Source: Raillietiella orientalis (Eukaryota). From it: a stretch of 64,000 nt of DNA. Positions 49,101-62,785 of this stretch are shown here, in pieces. Made by a program: the position numbers and the translations under genes. The DNA is taken from assembly GCA_036172245.1 (NCBI GenBank), contig JAYWIR010000001.1:6448001-6512000 (forward strand). The letters run 5' to 3'. The notes under the pieces are model-generated. The model searched no databases. It saw only the letters and a list, made by a program, of their open reading frames with translations, and was not told where the DNA came from. How positions within the stretch are numbered: position 1 is the stretch's first letter; each line of letters opens with the position of its first letter.

Positions 49101-52100
49101 TTTTTCAGGGCAGCCCAGGTCGACACGAGGCGGTCAAACCGCTGACCCGGATCTGCGACGCGTCGCCGCTGGCAGCGGGGGAAGGGTGAGGCCGATTGAC
49201 GCCCGCAACCGTTTCCCGGACGATGGGGCGGGCAACGGACGGCTCTCTGCCGGCGGCGGCCTTCCTCCTCCCACGTGGCCCCGTCGGAAGAGAAGACCCG
49301 TCCCCGACCCTTTCAGACAACTCCCCAGGATCCTCCAGGAAATGTGTGCTTGCTGTTCGCTCTTCCCGCCACCAAGAAGACCCTTTGTAGGCCGACCGGG
49401 AAGAGACGGAAGGGGAAAGAGACGGGGGAAGGAGGATCGACGGCGCTTCCTCGCGCGGCCCCGAGGCGAGGCAGGAGGGGGGCATCCGAGTGCGAGCCTC
49501 TCGGATCAACTTCCCCTTCCCTTCCCCGGCGCTTCTGCCGCGTGATTGGACGGGCGGGGAAGAAAAGCGTTCTCCGTCCGGATCGCGCGCTCCTTTGGAA
49601 GCCCTCCGTCCCCATCCCGGCTACCTTGGAAACGCGGACGAAACGCGGAGGCAGCGAAGCGCCTGCTAACAATGGTTCTCGCCGATGAGGCAACAATGCT
49701 TTCTCGCCGGTTTCTGCTGGCATGCGGCGGTCCGCTTATGACGCGTTCGCGAGACGAGAAGCGCGCAGCGGCTGCGAGTATCCCAAGAACGGAGGGACGT
49801 CCAGGAGCAGCGCGGGGAAGACACCGGAAAGGGAAAGCGACGTCGCCGGCGCCGAAGAGAGCGCCGCTCCGGTCCCGTCCCTTCTCCCCCATTCCAACCT
49901 TGGCCTACTCCCTCCCCCCTCGCAGCGCCTCGCGTTTGCCCCCGTCTGCCGTCCGGAGACGTTCGCTGCACCGCCTAGCTGTCCGCGCCCTACTGCGCCT
50001 GGAGTCCGCTGACGGGAAAGGGCCGCACTGCTGCATGCCTACTCCTCCCCCGCCCCCTCTCCCTTCCCCCGCGGGGGAAGCGTCCGCTCCCAGAGGGGTG
50101 ACCGGTCGCCTTCTCATCGCTCGGAGCGGGCGGCGGAGGGGGTGAGGAGGGGGAGGGATTGGGGCGGGGGAGAGGCGGAGGCGACCTACTTATCCTGTGC
50201 TTGCACTGCGCCTCCTTGATGGACTCCCAGTGGAGCAGGTGGTACCAGGAGAGCCCCTCCAGACTGGACTTGGAGTATCCCAGGTAGAACTCGCCGCTGG
50301 AATGGAGACAGGCGGTCACGGGGGGCAGACGCGACGCGGAGGGCGGGGCAAAGGAGACAGGGGCCGCGAACGCGTCCGTCCTCTCACCCTGGCCGACGCC
50401 CTCGGCTGCACCCTCCCCCGCCTGCATGCCTGCCCCGCCACGACACCCGCCCGCGCTTCCTGGGCAGGAAGGCGGAGGGGGAGTGCCGGGGTGAGCGCGC
50501 GCCCGCTGCCCTCAGGGGAAGAACCGAGGAGAGGAAGAGCGGGAGGGTGGCGAAACCGCCAAGTGGATGAGCCCGGCCACCGCTATCATCGTGGAGGGCT
50601 ACCTCTGGGCCGAGGGCAGCTCCCGCCTCGAGGCGCCACCGCCCTTCCTGCTCCTCGCCGCCGTCTGTCCGGACGCCACCAACGCTGCCCCCATACGCCC
50701 GTCCCTCCCCTCCCCTGGCTGCCGCCGCTCGTAACGGTTTCTCGGCCATGGGATGCCAGGGGGGAACGAACGCCCGCGGTCTCGCGGTCGGCAGCATCCG
50801 GGAGCGGCCGGAGGAGTCCCTTGGATGCCCGCGCGTCCCGGAGGAGCGTGCTGCGCGGGTTCGTGGGATGGGGTAGGGAAACGTCGGGGCAGTGGGGGGG
50901 GGGGGGACGTGGCGCCTCCGCGAACCTCCTCCTCCCTCCCTCTTCTCTCCTCCTCCGCACCTCCCTCCCGGGCTCGAGAACAGGCCCAAGCGGGACTCTA
51001 TGGTCGGGAAGCGAGGCTCCGCGCATCCCCTCTGCTCCCCTCCTTCCTCCCGGCCCCGCCTCATCCCCGCACTCACATGGCGTCCACGTGCACGTACTTC
51101 ATGTCCATAGTGTGGACGGACGTGAACATGTTGGTGGCTCCCTGGACGACGCACTCCCGGGTCTCGGGCATCACGACGGGGGTGCACCTGGCCAGGAAGA
51201 CGGGCTCGTTGCGGCTGCAGAGCGGCAGGTAAGAGAGATAGCGTCCCTGGACAAGCACCACCTGGGGGGCAGAGAACGGCGGGTCAGTCCGTCTGAAGAG
51301 GGCAGGGGAGGATGAGGAAACCCCCAGCCATGCGTCGGGCGCGCCATCTGGCAGGGAGGGGAAAAGGGCGCGCAAGAGAGGCCGCCTGCGGCTCCGGATG
51401 GCAAGTGCAAGTGGGATGAGGGGAGCTCGAAGATGACGATCAAGACGAGGACAGGATGAGGATGGGACGACGGCGACTATGCTGATGAGTACCAGGGGCG
51501 AGAGTGGGGGGGGGGGGAGGATGCTTAGGATGATGATGAGGAAGAGGTGAAGGAAGGGAAGAAGAAAAGAGGGAGGAAGAAAAGAGGAGGAGGAGAAAGG
51601 GAAGAAAAGGAGGACAAGGAAAAGAAGAGGAAGAGAAGAGGAGGAAGAGGAAGGGGAGAGGAGGAGTCGATGATGCTTAGGATGGTGAGGAGGAGGAGGT
51701 GAAGGAAAGAAGGGAGAGGACGAAGAGGACGAAGAGGAACGGAGGAGCCGAGGGGATGCTCAGGAAGATGGCGATGAGAAGGAGGAGCAGGGCGACAAGG
51801 ACGGTGATGAAGACCGTGCGGAAGAGGAAGGGCGGGAAGCCAAGGGAACGTGTCTGGCTGGCGTCGAGCTCGCGGGCCCGCGCAGGGGCGCTGTGACGGG
51901 CAACGGTGGCGGCGGCGGCGGCGGAAGGCAGGCAGGCAGGCAGGAAGCAGAGGGGGAGGAGGGAGGGAGAAGAAGGAGATGCCGCCGCTGGTGGTGGCGC
52001 CGATGCTCCTCCACGAGCGTTCTCTCCGGTTGTTGTCGGGGAGCCGCCGTTGCGAAAGATAATCAGCGTGTCGCGCGTTCCAATGACCGCGCCGAAGGAC

Positions 52101-55100
52101 GCGGGGGAGGGTTGGGCAATCGATAATGACGGTACGGCGCTGCTCCATAAATCATGGCGGAGTGGTCATTACGGCGAGCCGCGGTCCGGCCCGGCCTGCC
52201 TTAATGCCACGGGGAGAGGTCCGCGGCAACATCCAGCGACCTGTCCTAATGACAGACGCGCGCGCGCGCGCGGGGGAGGGGGAGGGGATGAGACGGGGAG
52301 CCCGTTCCTCCCCCTTTCCGGCGCGCGCGCAAGAGCGGCAATGGGGGGGGAGGGTGTAGGAAGGGAAGGGGGGAGGGGGTAGGCGCCTCACCTTCTGATC
52401 CCCGAACCGCATCTGCCGCCGGACGTTCCTGGAGACGTTCATCCGGCACAGGAAGATCCTGCCGTCGTCAGCGGGCAGGGAGGAGGTCCTCAGCAGCTCG
52501 TTCTGGACGGAGTGCTGGTCATTCTTGTCGATGATGTCATAGAAGCTGTCGCCGTGGATGAGGAGGTCCTCCTGTGGGGACGGAGAGCGGCCTCGAGAGG
52601 AGCCCTTGCAGCGGTCGCGCGGACGTCCCAGGGGAGGAGGGGGGGGGAGCGCAGAGGAGCGAAAGGAAAGCCGGGGAGGGAGACAGGAGAAAGAAAAAAA
52701 AATAAAAAAGGAAGGAGCTGACCGCTGACCTCCGCGGCCATGCGTCACGTTCCGAGACCGATAATTTGGGCCGCGCTCTCCGCGCGGCTCGGAGCGGAGA
52801 TGCAGCTTCTAATAGATGCAGCTCGCACGCCCCTGGGGGCGCTCCGATCGAGGTCCGACCGGCTGGCCTCGCCCCCTGGAGGAGAGCCCGGTCGTTGCGG
52901 CGGTGGCGGCAGCGGCTGACCGAGGTCGCGGGAACGGGGCGCCGGGAGAAAGGGAAATATGGGGTAGGGGAAAGGGGGGGCGCACCCCACCCCTCGACCC
53001 CACCTCCACCGCCGCCTCGAATCTCCTTGAAGCAGAAAAGCGGGAGACGTCCCCGTGTCTCCTCACGGCCCGGGTGGTGGAAGAGGGAGGTCCCGCGTCC
53101 CCGGAAAAGGCGCCCTCTGCGAACCACGCCCAACCCGGAGGCGACCGCAGAGACGGAGCACTGAGCGTCATGGGGGTGGCGCACAAATAGAGCGCCACAG
53201 AGGGAACCAGCGGGAACGACTGGTGGAGGAGATTAAAGAGGGGGGGCGACGGGAGTAGGAGCTGGGAGCCCCTCCTCGGGACGCCTCGCCTCTGGCGGCG
53301 GGCACCCTGAGAGGATGCCTCCAAGGTCGCGCGTTCCTTCCGACCCTCGGAACCGCCGACAGCCCGGAGGGCGTCGCCCCCTTCGCGCGTTCCTCCCATT
53401 GCCAGTGGAAGGCCCACGGCTCGGAGGGGTCGCGCGTGTCCTTCCGCGTCTCCCAGGGCAAAGGGTTAGGGTGACCTAAGCAGGCCCCTGGTGACCCGAG
53501 ATCTAACGAGAGCAGCGGCGGCAGGGTGCATGGAGGGTTGGACAGTCACCGGCCAGGGGTGAGGATTCCCTGGTCCCTCGTCTTCCTCTCTCAGTGCTCC
53601 ACAGGATGAAAACACGGGGTCAGAGACCCAAGATCGGCACAGGTCTGTGGCTCCTCCGAGAAAAGTACATGGCGGTGCTGGGAACCCATGGCCGTGGGGA
53701 GGGGACCTCCTGCTTCAGAATCCTTCCTCCCTCCCCCCATCTGCCCACTCCAGCGGGGAAGAGGAACGGCAGCTATTGGTCAGCGGACGCAACGTGGGGC
53801 GACGTCTCCTCCTACTGCCGGGGCAGAGAGGATCGTCAAGGCAGCATCCCGTGCAGCTGCAGTAGGGTGGCGGCTCTCTCCCCGTCTCCCGTGGGCTCCT
53901 CCACGGGAGACGGGCGAGATGCCCGCCTTTCGGGGAGTGAACGGATCGCGGGCGAGCCGGAGGATTGTGCTCCCCCCCCTTTCCTCCCAGCAGCTAGCTT
54001 GGTGCGGAGCCTCCCCTGAGACCCCTCCCTCTTTTCTGTGACCCGTGGGGGTTAGGGGCCTCCCTCGGTCTTCCCTTCGCCCAGGCAGCGACGGCAGCGA
54101 GCAGGAAGGTGCGCGCGCCTCCAGGCGGCAGCAGCGGCAGCTCGCGTGCCTGCGAGCCTCGAGCGAGCACTGCGAGGTCGCGAGAGCCAATCAGAGAAGC
54201 GCTGCCGAGCGTGCCGTCACTCGAGCGTCCAATAGAAGCCGTACCGGCGCCCGACAGCGCGCCACATCGGCACCGGGTCCTCCTCTCCAGCATCCTCTCC
54301 TCCCCACTCCATGCTGGTGTCTCTTCCTGCGTCATCGTCGTCAGTATGGGCACTCGGAGACGTTTCTTGTCGAAGGGCGGGAGCCCCGGGTGAGGCATGG
54401 GGAGAGGAAGAGCTGCTGGTCGGGGGAGTTGTGGCCCGACGCGCGAATGCGACGTGCGGCTGTCGACAATGCCCGAGCGGGGGGAGTAGTTGCGCAACAG
54501 TGCAACAATGAGCAAGGAGGGCAGGGGGGAATGACGCGACAATGGGGGAGAGAGGAGGAGGGGAACAGTGACGCAACAATGCGGAAGGGAGGAAGGGGAG
54601 GGGTGAAGAAAAAACGGTATTTTTAGATACCGCTCCGTCCACCCCCTCCAAGCGTCCACCAGGGATCCATTAATCACCCTCGCAACCGCCAGATCGCATT
54701 CCTGAGGGAGGGAGGGAGCATCGCGCTCGCCCCTGTCCAGAGACGCCCCGCCCGAGGAGGAGAAGGGGAGTCGCTCGCGTTCGGGCGAAGAACGGCACCG
54801 CCTCTCGTCCCGCCCCCTTCTGCGGCCCGCGTCCCTTTCCGTTCCTCCCGGTCTGTGAAAGGAGCGGAGCGCCCGCTGGAAGCCGCCGATCACCGGTCGG
54901 CCAGGAGCGCGTACCCCACCCCTCTCCTGCAGAGGGCGCGGTGTGCCGCTGCTCCTCTTCCCAGCGCATGCAACCCCGGCGGTTCCCGAGTCTTCGCCCT
55001 CCGTTCCCTTGTCGAAGGATTCCGAGTCACGAGCGGGTCGGGGAGACAGCCCAGTCTCAGGAGGGGTTGCCGGGATGAGCGCGGGTCAAGAAGGAGGAGC

Positions 55101-56712
55101 AGGGGTCCAGGTGCGTGTTCATCGTCCCGCCCAGGCCAGTGGTCGCCGTGTTCCTTCGAGCCGCTGGTTCTCCGGCGCCGTGTCGCCGGACCTTCCCGCG
55201 GTTTCCAACGCTTCCCTCGGAGACCCATCACCGCCAGCCGCCGTTGCCTTCGAGACGCTTCATTTTTCCATTTCCGCGCCTTTCTTTCGCGAAATGGAGA
55301 AGTTTCTCCGTTTTCCTTGCCCCTCCTCTTCCCGCCCGCCCCGCCCCTTCTACCCTCCGCCTCCTCGTCCCTCTCCGGAAGAGGAAGGGGGCGCTGACCG
55401 GGAGAGCGTGTACTCGAGTCTGCCCGCTCCAGAGCTAGAGGCGCGGAAGTATCTCCGCGTTCCCATTCGCCGGGAGAAAAGGGGGGTGGGGGGTAGGGGG
55501 GGGGGGCATGTCGCGCTAGGGAGCGGCCGTCTTCGGCAAGCGGCGAGCCCGGAAGCGCTGGGGCTCATTTCTTGCCCCCCTCCTCCGCTCGTCCTTTCCT
55601 CCGTCCGCGCCAGAGCAAGGTGTCGTCCAGCTTGTAGGATTTGCAACAACAAAACAGACGAGGCGCGCCTCTCTTCCCGCCCCTTGTGGAGCAGCAGCAA
55701 GGAAGCGTCGACTGTCCCCCCGAGTGCAGTCGGGTGCCCCCCCTCCCCTCGAGCACTGGCTGGGGCCGCTGACGGCGGCGGCGGCGACGACCACGACGAC
55801 GACGACGACGACGACGGGTCGATGCGCTGAGGAAGCGGCAGCGGTGGTGAGGGGGACGACGCGAGCGGAGGACTTTGCGGCTGCGCGAGGCTTTCCGCTT
55901 TTGGAATTTCATCGCCCACCTCAAGGACGCGCTTCCTGAGCGCCCGAATTTACTTTGCCCTGCGAGCTCACGGCGAGCGGCGAAAACCCGAATGAGTTGT
56001 CAAATAACTCTGGGGAGGGAGTCCGTTCGTCCTCTTTCGCATCCTCGGATGCTCGTTCCTATTTTTTTTTTTTTTTCTGCTTTTTTTTTTTTTTTTCATT
56101 TTTTGCTTTCGCTTCTCGCGCGCAGCTGCGAAAGCGAAATCCACGTGAAATCTCTTTTCCTCGTTTGCTTTCCGAGTCGTTTCAGACGCTTAGCATGGGT
56201 TGCGGACACGGACACACACACACACACACACACGCAGGCAGGCATACACACAAAAAGGAAAGGGGGAAGAAAAAAAAAAAGAGAAAAAGAAAATGATGAT
56301 AATAACAATAAATAAATAAAAAGCAAAGAAGGAAAAGAAGCAAGGGAAGCGAGGGGAGGGAAAAAAAAAAAAGCGAGCGCTGACGTCACAATGAGCGGGG
56401 CAGCCCTGTCCTAGGCTTCGTTCGGCAGCGGGCTGAGGACTTAATTGTGAGCATTTAATTGCAACCTCATGAAACTCATAAAGCCATGCAAATACCGCTC
56501 ATCATCGCGAGTCAAACTGTTTTCGACAAATCGTGTGGACACGCGCTACGTTAAACAAATTAATTTTTTCCCCGTGCAATTCGTAGAAAATAATTTTTAA
56601 TAAGGAAACTCTCGTGTGTGTGTCTGTGCCTTCCCCCTCCCCCCCCCCCCTCCCAGGTTTTTGCCGGTGCTGCCTGCTTTGTTTTCACTCCAAGAACTAC
56701 AAACTCATCGTT

Positions 56713-56763
<51 letters not shown>

Positions 56764-59700
56764 GAGGACAAAAAAGAAAAAAAGAAAAGAGGAACGGAAT
56801 ATTCAGGAAATATTGGAGCATTATTATCGCAAAAATATTCAGGGAAAGCTCATTAACAAAGGTGGAATTTATTGCTCTTTATTTCAGGCGAGCTTTCTGT
56901 TGCCAACAGTGCACGTGAATAACACCTGCGAATCTAAAATAATGGATGCAGACCACGTGACGCGGCCGTTTCGAAGATGACTGGGTGTCCAATTTTGTTT
57001 TTTAGTTAATGGTGATCGTCGAATTATTCCGCTGGAAGGTCACTCGCGAGAGGATCGCGCGTCTCTTCGGGATTTCGCACGTGGAAAATGTGTGCCTTTC
57101 GCGGGCGCTGGCGAGCGCGCGTGCTCGCGCGCGGCTCGCGCACGTGCGTGCTCGTACGAGCGTGCGCGCGCGCGCGCGCGCGCACGCGCGTGTGTTTCTC
57201 CTTCGCGGCACCACCTCGGAGTATCCAAGTTTTGTTTGTTTTGGGGCCCGAGCGCGCGCGCGCGCGCACGGCGCACGCCACCGAGCCCCGAGACAGCCCG
57301 CCGACACGGGCGCATGCGCGGCGCGCTCGCATGGCAGCAGCAGCAGCAGCAGCCGGGTGGAGCGGAGAGCGGGCGCCTTCGAGAAAGAGGCTGGGGGTGC
57401 CGCAGCACAGGGCGGGGATGCCGGCGCCCCCCCCCCCCTCCCTCGGGTCTCCCCGTTCTTTCCTTCCTCTGGAGCTACGAGCTCTGACGCTCCGGACGGA
57501 GACAAGCGAGTCTTCGGCCGGAAGAACGCGGAGGGATCTCTTTTTCCCGCGGATCGACTGCCCCTCTTCAGGGAAGACGCATCCTCCCTAATGGTGGGAA
57601 CTCCTTAACGACCGCCTCGGAGCGCCCGGGCGCTCCCTTGGTGCCGGCAACGGCGTGGGCAGGAATGGGCAAGTCCGCAGCGCCGGGAGGGGGCGGCGGA
57701 CCGAGCTCGCTCTGCCTTCCGTTCTCCCGCTAAGGCCTGCCGCTCCTTGGGCGGACGGCAGGGAAGCGTGCGCGGACTCCGAGGGTCGAGGGTGAGGCAA
57801 CCGGCAGAAGAGGAAAAGGGAGGGGGGGTAGGCAGGGAAGCCACTGGGATGAGTCCCAACTGCGTGCCTAGGCTTCTCTCCTCCCTCTTTCGGTCTTCTG
57901 AGCTCCCAGCGGCGCGTGAGAGGGACGTTACCTTGCAGGGTGCGCCGTTCCCTCAGCACCACACGGGACTCGTCGCCGATCGACGCACCCCTACGAACCC
58001 AACGCGTCGCCCCGGGCGCTACTGCTGTGCGCAGCTTTCCCCGCGCTCTGCCGCGCGGCCTCGCGCGCGCCTGCGCATTCCGAGCGGCCGTCGCTGGCGC
58101 CACGGCCTTTCCCACACCCCGTAATGTCCGGCAATTACGAGGACTACGCTGCCAAAATTAGCTGCCATCCGAGCCCGTCGCCCAGAGACGGCTCTGCTCC
58201 TCGCCTTTCAATTTTCCTCTTCCTCCGCGTCTCCCGAGAGCGTTTTCACCTCCGAGGGGAGCGCGCGGCGCCCTCGCGCGAGGACCTGCTCGCTCGCATG
58301 CCGTCTCGGCACGCTTTCCGCGACCGACGACCGGCATCAGGATCCGGACCTACGGCGGCCCCGGGCATACCATCCCGGCGAGCCGACCCTTCCGTCGCCG
58401 AGCATCTCGGAGCTGGCGGGGTCCAGCATGCCGAGGACGCGGGCACACCCCGGCGATGACGCCCTTCGTGACCGTGCGGCGGGGTGTTGGCGCGCCCAGG
58501 GCGCTTCCCCTTCCCGACGCCCGGGAGCTGCGAGCGCTGTCCCGCGAGGTCGTCCGCGATCGACGGGGCGGGAGGTGGCTCGCGAGGGCCGGCGACGTAC
58601 CACCGCGCGCGCGCAGGGAAGGGGTCTTCCCCATCCGCGCCGGTTCGCCGTTAGGTTGCCCGGGAAACGGAGAGCTGCCGTTCCTTCTGTCGTGGGTTCT
58701 TTCCCAGGAGGGAGCGGGCAGCGGGCTCTCACCCTTCCCGGAGCGCAGCCCGCCCTTCCGTGACGCCCGCAGCTGCACCGTTCGACGTCACCGCTGGACA
58801 GATCGATTTGATGGCCGCCATTTCACCGGAGCGATGCGCACCCGAGACCCTCCCTTGCGGAGTCGCCCAGGAAACCGCAGACGTCATCGCCGCCCGCACG
58901 GGTCGAGGCAGCGGGGAAAAATCCTGCCAACCCCCCCCCCCCCTCCCTCTCTTCCTCCTCACTCATCTGGAGAGACCGCGCGGGGCAGGCAGAAGAGGGG
59001 AAGGGGGCGTCGGCAGTGACCACGGAAAGAGCAGCCGCGTGGGCGAGCCGCCGCCTCTCTCCGGCCGCGAGGAGCAGTGCGACAGAGGCGGCGCCAAATA
59101 GCCGCCGCGGCCCGCACGCTGCTTCCGAGAGCGAAGGGCCACGCCGGGAGGAAGGAGGGGTGCCCAGTGCTCCCGTGCAGGTCTCTCCTCCTCGTCTCTT
59201 GGAGGACCAAGCGGTGCCGCTGCAGGCGCCGAGGAGGAGGCGACCTCGCCGCGCGCATGAGAGGCATACGGCTCTCGCGTGGAGGAGCCATCAAACGCCC
59301 TGCGGGAGGAACGCCGGGGCGCCTGCAACGAGACTGGTGAGGGTGGCGGGTCGCGCGAGGAAAAGGCGCTCTGCCCCCCTCCAAACCCACCGGGAGCACC
59401 CTCTTCTCCCTACGCGCGGGTGGGGGGAAGCAAGGAGCGGGAGCGACATAGTGGCCCCCGCAGCTGCCTCGGGAGGGAAGCTCCGACAGGCCCGGGGGAG
59501 AGGGGCCGCAGCTTTCCTGTCGCACTTCACCCATTGTTTCCGTGTTGACCCGGGTTTCTTCCGAGGAGAGGTGGACTCCAGAGAAAGACCCCCAGGGACG
59601 AGACCCCCCGGTACTTACCATAGAGTGACCCAGGTACTCGGCCGCGTTGTCTGAGATGTACAGCAGCTTTCCGCTTTGGGTCATCATGACGAGGAATCCG

Positions 59701-62700
59701 GTCAGCGCCTGGGGGAAAAGAGCAGAGGTCGCGCGGCGTGCAAGGGAGAGGAGAGTCCCCTGGCAGTCCCCCGCAGGTGGAAGGCACCTCCCGACGACGC
59801 CTCCCCTTCACTTTGGAACTCCCGGGATTCGGTTAGCGGGGACTCGACGCGCGGGTTGCTTCTGAGAACGCCTGGAGAAATGCGAGGACGGCTCTCCAGC
59901 CCTGCTGTCCTCCAGGGCGCGGTCCGGCTCTCCTGCTGCCTCTCAGCGGGAGTGCTGTGCCCTCGCCTCGCCGCGATCTCTCCGGAAGGACCATTGGACC
60001 GCGGCGCTACTTCCCGGGGCGCGGAGTGCTCTTGCCACGAGACCCGGAAGGAAGGGGTCGCGATGGAGGTGCTCGGGAAGGCCGCTGAGTGACGACCCTC
60101 TAGCGGGAAAGCCCACGGGAATAGTAAGAAGGGCGCACGATCCCATCCGCCAGCCTCCTTTCTGACGATATGCCCGCAGTGCGACCCCCGGAGACGGAAC
60201 GCGCACATCTTTCCCAGAAGGTTGATGGGCGACGGCGGAGGGGCGGCAGCGAAGGACCCCCGAGGACCGACGTTCCTGGGGTCGTACGGCTGGAAGCGCG
60301 AGCGAGCTGGCCCAGGGGGGCAGAGTCCGGGGGAGGTCCAGCGTCCCAGGAGGCGAAGGACAGAGCTGGAGGAGCAGCCCCGCCTTCGAGCGCGGGACCT
60401 GCCTGGAGACGGAGGATGGCCGCGCGCAGCCGAACGGGGGGGATGTGCGGAGATGCCGGGTCGCAGGTGGCCAGGAGGCGGCGCTGGAGGGCCCGTTTCC
60501 GTTCATAGGAAGTGGAGTTCCCTTTCTCCGCCCCACACCCACCTCGACGGCCCTTTGCCCCGAGGACCTCCGCCGGAGGCTACTCACCTTGGAGAACCCC
60601 ATCCCTGGGCTCGCGATTCCCACCTCCTCGGGCGTCCGGCACACTGGAAAGGACAAACAGGGCGATTAGTGACCGGTGGCCGATCGGCGTCCCGGAGGAC
60701 GGTCGCTAGGGCGACCGCCCGCCCGCGACCGCCGCCGCTGACTCGAAACCATGGGGTAGGGGTGGGGTGGAGCAGACTGGCAACGGCGGGGGCGGTAGAG
60801 GAGAAGGAGGAGGAGGAAAGGGAAGTTTCTCCCCTTCTTCCCCCCTCCCCCTGCCCTGCGCGAGCTCGCAAAGCGGCCCGGCCGGTAGCCGGCGGTGGCA
60901 GGCGGCACAGACGGAGGTAATGTTACGCGCCTCCTCGGGCCCGGCGCGGATTGGTCGCTCCTTTCCTTCCGGATGGACCCGTCCAGCCCCGGATTGGTCC
61001 GCTGCGCGCCGCGGACGACGGTCAAGGGGCCTCCGGGCGTGGCGCACGCGCAGGAGCCGGACGCAGCAACCCTTCTGGCGGTCCTTCAGAGGACCTCTCC
61101 CGGGGTGGCCCTGACGGGGGGGAGGGGGGGGGGAAAGAAAGGGTGCGACCAGGACAGCCGGACGGTTGCGGAGCTGCACGTTTCTTGCCTCCCACTCGTG
61201 GAACTTCCGCGAGGACGCTCCCTGAGGGTCATTCGAGAGGCAGAGCGAGGGACGAGAAGAAAGGGGAAGGGAATCTCCGTCTCCGAGAGGTGAGCCGTGG
61301 GGGCCGGCAGCATCCGTCCCACGAGGGGTTCGTTGGGGAGCGGTCTGGGCGACGGGAAGCGTCCTGAAAGGTCGTCTTCATCCCCCACCTCTTGCCTCTC
61401 CGGGCGCTCCTGGAAACGCGGGGTTCCCCTGTGAGCCACGCTCGCGTGGCCGGAGTGGGCGGTGCTGGGTCTCGTTCGCCTTCTCCGGAGGGTGTGCCGA
61501 GAAGGGAGAGGAGACCGTCGGAAGGGTGCAGAGGGGCGGGAGGAGCGGCCGGACGCGACACATGGCGCATGCGCTCTCGCTCGCTCGCTCGCCGGCGGGT
61601 CTTCCGTCCGGCGCTAGCGGCGTGAGCGAGCTCGGCTTTTCGGAGCGCGAGGACTGGAGATGCCGTCGAGCTGCGGGGCCGGAAGCGTGGCTGAGAAGAG
61701 AGGAGGAGGAGGAGGAGGAGGAGATGGGCACGAGGAGGCGTCGGGCAGGGAGGGGGGAAAGTGCCGCGTCATCGCCGCCGTCCCCAGGATGACGAGCGCT
61801 CGACTGCGGGCGACGTCCGCACTTGACGCCCCGGCGGAATCCGCTGAATAATCCCGGAGGCTGCCGGCGGCCGCTGCCCTGGAGGCCGAGAAGGGCAGCG
61901 GCGGGACGAAAGCCCCTGCACTTGTGCTCCCGGGGGCGTGGGGGACGCGCGACGCGGCCCCGCGGGCAGTCGCGGCCCTGTATCAGAACAGAGATGCCCC
62001 GACAGGGGAGGGGGAGAGAAGGAAACCCGGCAGGAGCGCGCCGGGCCCGGTTTGGGGGCGCCCTCGCCGAAAGGACCCCTGCTCGGGTGGGACCCGGATC
62101 GCACGTATGCGCTCTCGGCGCCGCTCCCGCCGGGGCCTCCCGGATCGCACGCGTGCGCGGTCCGCCGCCTCCACCGACCACGGATGTAAACACGCAGGTC
62201 GCACAGGACGCGGCACGCATTGTGCGCGCGTCTGTTTACGTCCGCGGTCGGGATGAAACAGCGCCGCCCTGCCCCGAAAAGGAGCCGCTGCCGCTGCCGG
62301 GACGCCCGCCGCTGCGAGGGGAGGTCGGGCGTTCCCGGGTCGGGCAGAGTGGGGCTCGCAAGCGACTAAGTTTCTTTGCCCTGGGGTGGGGAGGCATCCT
62401 CGCGGAGAGGACCCTGGGACGAGGCAGGCAGAAGGAAGCGCGCCCCTGGAGGTAGCCGCGCACCCCCGCATCCCAGCAGAGGACCCGGCACTTGCCACCG
62501 GTCGAGAAAGAACGAAGGCCGCGCCCTGCTGCCCTCGGAAAGGCGGCGCGAAGGGCGGGGCGTGCACCCGGCGCCAGCGCCGCGCCCATTCCCTGCTGCT
62601 TACCTTGCTGGAAGTAGTTGGCCTTGCGGATGTACACGCAGACCAGCGCCATGAGCTGCAGCTGGCTGAGCCGCTGGCGCGTCGTCGCCGGCAGGGGCAG

Positions 62701-62785
62701 CAGGTCACGGAGGTTGGCGATCTCGCCGTTGATCAGGTCGCGGCGCAGCTTGCTAGCTCCCTTGGTGGACTTCTGGGAGTCGTAG
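46130..62785 (-). CDS. dysf: bHLH-PAS transcription factor dysfusion / NPAS4 orthologue, at least 807 aa, 5' exon not located
   Basis: Exons 62785-62604 (bHLH 'KSTKGASKLRRDLINGEIANLRDLLPLPATTRQRLSQLQLMALVCVYIRKANYF'), 60643-60588 ('GFSK'), 59708-59619 (PAS-A 'ALTGFLVMMTQSGKLLYISDNAAEYLGHSM'), 52571-52392, 51261-51077, 50296-50190 (PAS-B 'SWYHLLHW'), 48873-48720 (PAC 'WIHCVLQVK..IICTNQVL'), 47600-46130. All phases are compatible. Confidence 0.95.
51505..51840. repeat. Purine-rich (GA/GGA) low-complexity tract in a dysf intron
   Basis: Long stretch almost entirely of G and A on the + strand (gaggaagaggtgaaggaagggaagaagaaaagagggagg...). Confidence 0.8.
56715..56759. repeat. 45-nt poly(T) homopolymer
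   Basis: Directly visible. Confidence 0.95.
57114..57195. repeat. (GC)n-rich alternating purine-pyrimidine tract containing the palindrome gctcgtacgagc
   Basis: ...cacgtgcgtgctcgtacgagcgtgcgcgcgcgcgcgcgcgcacgcgcgtgtgt; a further (GC)n run lies at ~57252-57267. Confidence 0.85.
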
